A stretch of DNA of 64,000 nt from Scyliorhinus canicula (taxonomy: Eukaryota). A program made the translations under genes and the position numbers. The stretch spans positions 190,998,826-191,062,825 of the forward strand of contig NC_052153.1 in assembly GCF_902713615.1 (NCBI RefSeq), given 5' to 3'. Under the pieces are notes generated by a model, which ran no database searches, was not told the DNA's origin, and saw only the letters and a list, made by a program, of their open reading frames with translations. Positions 59,532 through 64,000 of this stretch are shown piece by piece; within the stretch, counting starts at the first letter, position 1; the number at the start of each line of letters is the position of its first letter.

Positions 59532-60387
59532 ACCCAACTGGCAGCGACCACCACGAGGCAAGGACAAAGAGACTCTGGACAAAAGTCTCTCTCTCTCTCT
59601 CTCTATCCTGGGTGAGTGAGGGGAAAGGAAGAAGAAAAAAAGGACTTTTATAAAAACAAAACCCAAAAGAAAACTGTTAAAGAGAATGTAGAAGTGGATT
59701 TAATTTGGAACTTCGCTGATAGGGTTAATATAACAGTTCTGAAAAGCTCTGTGAAAGAGATGTCAACAGGTCAAGGGATGAAATAAAGGGAGTGTGTTCT
59801 GACCGGCATCTGTGAAAGCAGAGATGTCAGAAGGTTATGGGATGGAATAAAGGGAGTGTGGCTTTGGTACTATTTAATGTTCTGACCCGCATCTGTGAAA
59901 GCAGAGAGGTCAAAAAGTCAAAGAATGGAATGAATGGGAAGCTTACTTTATTGCAGAGATAACGCACTTAAGCTCGTTTGACCAGTTGAAACAAATAAAC
60001 ATTGAGATGTAAGAGGAATGGGCTTTGGAATGAGATAAGCCAGATGGCCATGGGATACAAAAACCTTTGTATTAATATTAATAGTGACTTGTGCTAATGA
60101 TTATGTCAAAAATAACCTCCCGACCTCGAAGAATAATTCCATATATGTACATGTTCTGGATCCTTGCCAAATCATAGGTGTATCTAGGAATTTAAGGGGA
60201 CCACCCCTAAGCTGTAAAATGTATAAAAATACAGTCCTTATTCTGGGATTTTGGCACTTCTCGAAGGTAGTTACCCGACTGCTTAGAGATTTGTCCCGGC
60301 CGTAAATAAACGAATATTCGTTACTGACGTGTTCGAGTGTTTTACTTCTGGACTGACGATCAGATACGTGAAAGCGCAATTCACATT

Positions 60388-60405
60388 TGGTGGCCCGTAC
60401 GGGGA
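60388..60405 (+). promoter_or_regulatory. Retroviral primer-binding site complementary to tRNA-Ile(AAU)
   Basis: TGGTGGCCCGTACGGGGA is the reverse complement of the vertebrate tRNA-Ile(AAU) 3' end TCCCCGTACGGGCCACCA (recalled); lies 2 nt after the LTR-terminal CA. Confidence 0.9.
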
Positions 60406-60654
60406 TCTCCAGAGGGGTCTGCGCAACTAGCCGGCGTAATCGACTGAGCTCGTTCAAAGTAGAGGACGAATTTGGCCCCCAACGTGAGTAAAAATTTCTT
60501 TTCCACCTTGGTATTCGCCTACTACCAGTTTGATCGTTGCTCAGCCTTGCCGTTGGTTTGTCGAGAAGCCTCTGCGAGATCCAGGTCAGTCCAGCGAACC
60601 CGTTTTAAAGAGGGTAAGTGAGTGAACCCTGTGGTTATCGTCTCTAGGGGCAGC

Positions 60655-60890
60655 CTGGGACTGCCGCCGTGATTCCAGGCAGCGTTCGCTGGAGTTACGG
60701 GCGGGGTTGCCAGGACTGCTAGGGGCAGCCTGAGGAGCCGCCGTGATTCCAGGCAGCGTTCGCTGGAGTTACGGGCGGGGTTCTCAGGATTGCTAGGGGA
60801 CGGTTAACGGGCTGTGGGCTCCGGACGGGACTGCCGCCGTGATTCCAGGCAGCGTTCTCTGGAAGTTACGGGCGGGGTTCTCGGAGCCTA
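60655..60890 (+). repeat. Three GC-rich direct repeats in the ERV leader
   Basis: GCCGCCGTGATTCCAGGCAGCGTTC..GGAGTTACGGGCGGGG near 60663, 60738 and 60833. Confidence 0.9.
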
Positions 60891-61076
60891 TCCCCCGGTA
60901 TAACCCATACCTTCACCGAAGAATTTTACCTACTTACCCCTTAATAGCATTGGTGTCCTGGGTCCTGTGTTATTAAGGAAGTGAAGTAAGCTAATAACCA
61001 CTTAAAATCTGGTCTTCTTGAGTTGTATTAGCTGTTTAAACTCGGCTGCTTTCCTTGTCTTTCTCCAGCAGGCTGC

Positions 61077-61117
<41 letters not shown>

Positions 61118-64000
61118 GTTGCTGTTGCAGAGTGCTGCTGCTTCTGCTCCCTGGGTTTATATTCTCTTTCGAAGAGTTATTAAGTTTTAACGACTGTATT
61201 GTATATGGGCTTGTTTCACTTTGATAGTTTAAAAGTATCTTTGATGTAAACATCTTACTACAACTCGTTATTCATTTTGGGCATATCGTCTCCTCTCAGA
61301 TCTGATTTTAAAAAATGCTTTCGTTTCAATAGTTAACTTTTATTTCTGTGATTTCAAATCGTTTAATTTTCCAATTGTCCCCAGTTCATAACTTTGCCTT
61401 TGATTTTGACTTAAATGATGTTTCTCGTAGCCAGGTCATCTCCAATTTTCTTTTAATTAACTTGATGTTCGTAGAATTTTACCCCTGAAATTGACACTAA
61501 ATTCGACTGAGCATCTTCCATTCTTTCCAGCTGTTTACTAAGAGAGTTTATTTCAATTAAGGTGTGAAACTTTGCTCTTAGCTGTATGCTAAAATTTAAC
61601 TTGGTTGTGACTTGAAAGACTTGCCTGTTTTAAACATTCGTCACTTAATGCAATTGAAACTCTCATCCATGCTTTTCAGATGCTTCCTGAGATAGTTACA
61701 TTCCATGAAGGTGGGAGCCATTGTTTTAGCTTACCACATGAAGCCTGTGTGTCTGCTGAGACCTGCTTGTGAGCAAGAATCTGCATTTTATAACCCTGCT
61801 CTTTGCAGCTGCTATTAACCTTTTGTGGGATCTTTCCCTGTACCCTCTTAAACCAGATATTGCCAGACTTTCATGTTTCAAATGACACATTTTTCTGTAT
61901 TATCAAGAACCCACCGCAAAGAAATTAATTGCCTTGTGGAGGGAATACTGTTAGTCAGTGAAAGATGCATCTATACTGGCTAGCTGGCAGGAAAATGCCT
62001 CAAAATTGGGTATTGGCCTCACTGAAGGGGGAATTGTTAAAACAGTAGAGGTCTTAAAGAGGGAATGTCAAGAATATAAAGAATGTAAGAATGCTATTCC
62101 TACCCCGGCGCCGGTCAGCAATGCGAAGCAAGGTTGGGAGGAGGGGGACGATGGGGATGAGGAACCTCTGTTCAATTGCGGGGGACGTCAGAAGCCCCCA
62201 CAGCCTCCACAGCCCCCACAGCCCCCAAAGCCCCCACAGCCCCCAAAGCCTCCACAGCCCCCACAGCCTCCACAGCCTCCATGGCCACCTCCACCACCGC
62301 CCCTGGAATGTGATCAGTATTATGAGTAACTCAGTATGTTCAGAACTACATTGGTCTCAGAATAAACAGATAAAGAATTTGTGCTGGGCAGTTTCGAAAC
62401 TGCTGCGTTGAAATTGACACTGCATGGCTCCGCAGGGTCCTAGTGCCCGCTGATCACAAACAGTCACTAGCAGAACCGCCTCAAGGAGGCACTCCTCCAG
62501 GTCCCTGCCCTTGGTCGACCCTTATATGATCGCCCTTTTCAGCTCTATTGCACAGTCCTTGCCGACTGCGACACAGCTGTCCTGACCCAACGCCACGGCG
62601 ACCGCTGTCGCCCGGTTGCATACTACTCCTCTAAACTCGATCCGGTAGCCCTTGGCTATCCTATCTGTACCCAAATTCTTGCAGCTATCTACCACAGCCT
62701 GCAATCGGCTGCTAATATTACCCTCCAACAAGATATCACTGTCTATAGTTCCCATTCTGTTACGGCCCTTTTGGGACAGCTACAGACTCAGCATCTCACG
62801 ATGGCTCATCAGAATAGATATGAGATTGCTCTCCTTAATAACCCGAAGGTCCGGTTTGCCCACTGCACCACTATCAACCCTGCTAACTTTTTGACGCATC
62901 CTCCCACAGACATGCTCGACCCAACTCATGACTGTCTGCAACTGTTGCAGGAAGTCTCCTCGGTTCGAGACGACCTCTCCGATATACCCCTCCCAAGTGC
63001 AGATTGTTCCTTTTTCACCGATGGAAGTTCTTCCGTCGGCGAAAGGGGGGATAGACAATCTGGCTATGCAATCATCGATCAAGACGGTGATGGAAAAACA
63101 GAGGATTTCTAACCTCCGCTGGTACACCCATCTCACACCAGCAGTTACTAACACAGTTATTGCAGGCCCTTATGCTCCCAGACAAGATAGCGGTGATAAA
63201 ATGCGCAGCGCATACAAAAGGCACGGGACTGGTGGAAACGGGCAACAGGAGAGCGGACGAGAAGGCAAAAGAAATTTCTAAATCTGGCAAACTAATGGTG
63301 CCTAGAATGATGAGGCAGACTAAAACCCCCCCCGGAAAAGTCTCCCTCTGAAAAACCTATGCCAACCATTGCTGACATAATCCAAATGCAGGAGGACGCT
63401 CCTGCAACTGCTGTAAATATGTGGAAAAACTTAGGATGTATATATGATATCGAAAATAAGCTGTGGGTCACCCCGGTAGGACAAACATGTATGACCGATG
63501 CATTAGCAGCCTGGGTGACCGAATGTGTACACTTTGCAACTCACTGTGGAGCTCGTGCCACAGGGGACATATTGTTAAAAAGCTGGTGGCACCCACGACT
63601 GCAAGAAATGGCCCAACAAATTAGCAGTCGGTGCCTAATCTGTCAACAGCACAACCCCGGTAAGGCCGTCCCCTGTGATCCTGGCACAACCCCCTTACCT
63701 GAGGATCCATTTGAGACCCTACAAATGGATTACATTGAGTTGGAAAGATGTCAATGCTATAAATATGTGTTAGTCATTGTGGACACTTTTAGCAAATGGA
63801 TCGAGGCCTACCCGACTACGGATAACAAGGCCTCGACAGTAGTTAAGGTGTTAATGCGAGAAATTGTTCCGCGATTTGGAATTCCAGCCCGGCTGAGCTC
63901 TGACAATGGTCCCCACTTCATAGGTCAAATCAATAAGGAATTCTGTGCTCTGCTTGGAATAAAGCAACAGTTTCATTGTGCCTACAGACCACAAGCCGCT

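Larger units (their letters stand above)
59675..64000 (+). mobile_element. Class I (gamma/epsilon-like) endogenous retrovirus, internally deleted; runs off the window end
   Basis: 5' LTR about 59675-60385 (left edge approximate), PBS, repeat-rich leader, Pro-rich gag remnant 61958-62329, RT-connection/RNase H 62480-63350 (RPVAYYSSKLDPVA, FTDGS, KCAAH, GNRRAD), integrase open from 63359 (HFATH..CLIC, QMDY, SDNG). Confidence 0.92.

Noticed and set aside
58664-59666. 329-aa and 208-aa Pro/Gly-rich ORFs
   Set aside because: Join unrelated repeat pieces and C homopolymers.

Overview
Eukaryotic, vertebrate DNA, almost certainly from a cartilaginous fish, judging by HE1/V-SINE-type SINEs, CR1 and Rex1/Babar LINEs, Penelope, Harbinger, Gmr1-type Gypsy, Copia and an ERV. 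About 85-90% (estimated by eye) is nested transposon debris. Threaded through it on the + strand is one spliced gene reconstructed by hand from seven phase-1 coding exons: 5280-5669, 19525-19890, 39321-39689, 43961-44032, 49800-49868, 55843-55893 and 56952-56986. They join into an open frame of about 450 aa; the leader exon was not confidently found. The product is a Siglec-15-like Ig-superfamily receptor with an unusual layout: V-set (essential Arg kept), second V-set (Arg replaced by His), C2-set, an uncharged TM helix and three ITIMs, each on its own mini-exon. This looks like an inhibitory counterpart of the normally activating Siglec-15. Other highlights: a recursive-splice-type AG/GTAAG site at the second V exon; a minimal hammerhead ribozyme in a Penelope-derived 76-bp fold-back; a 17-kb Russian-doll LTR element with matching TSD filling intron 2; a Gmr1-type Gypsy with integrase before RT; and a class I ERV with a perfect tRNA-Ile PBS 2.7 kb past the stop codon. 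Most ORFs in the supplied track are retroelement fragments or spurious. Repeat boundaries are approximate unless a TSD is quoted, and family names come from recalled motifs rather than database searches.
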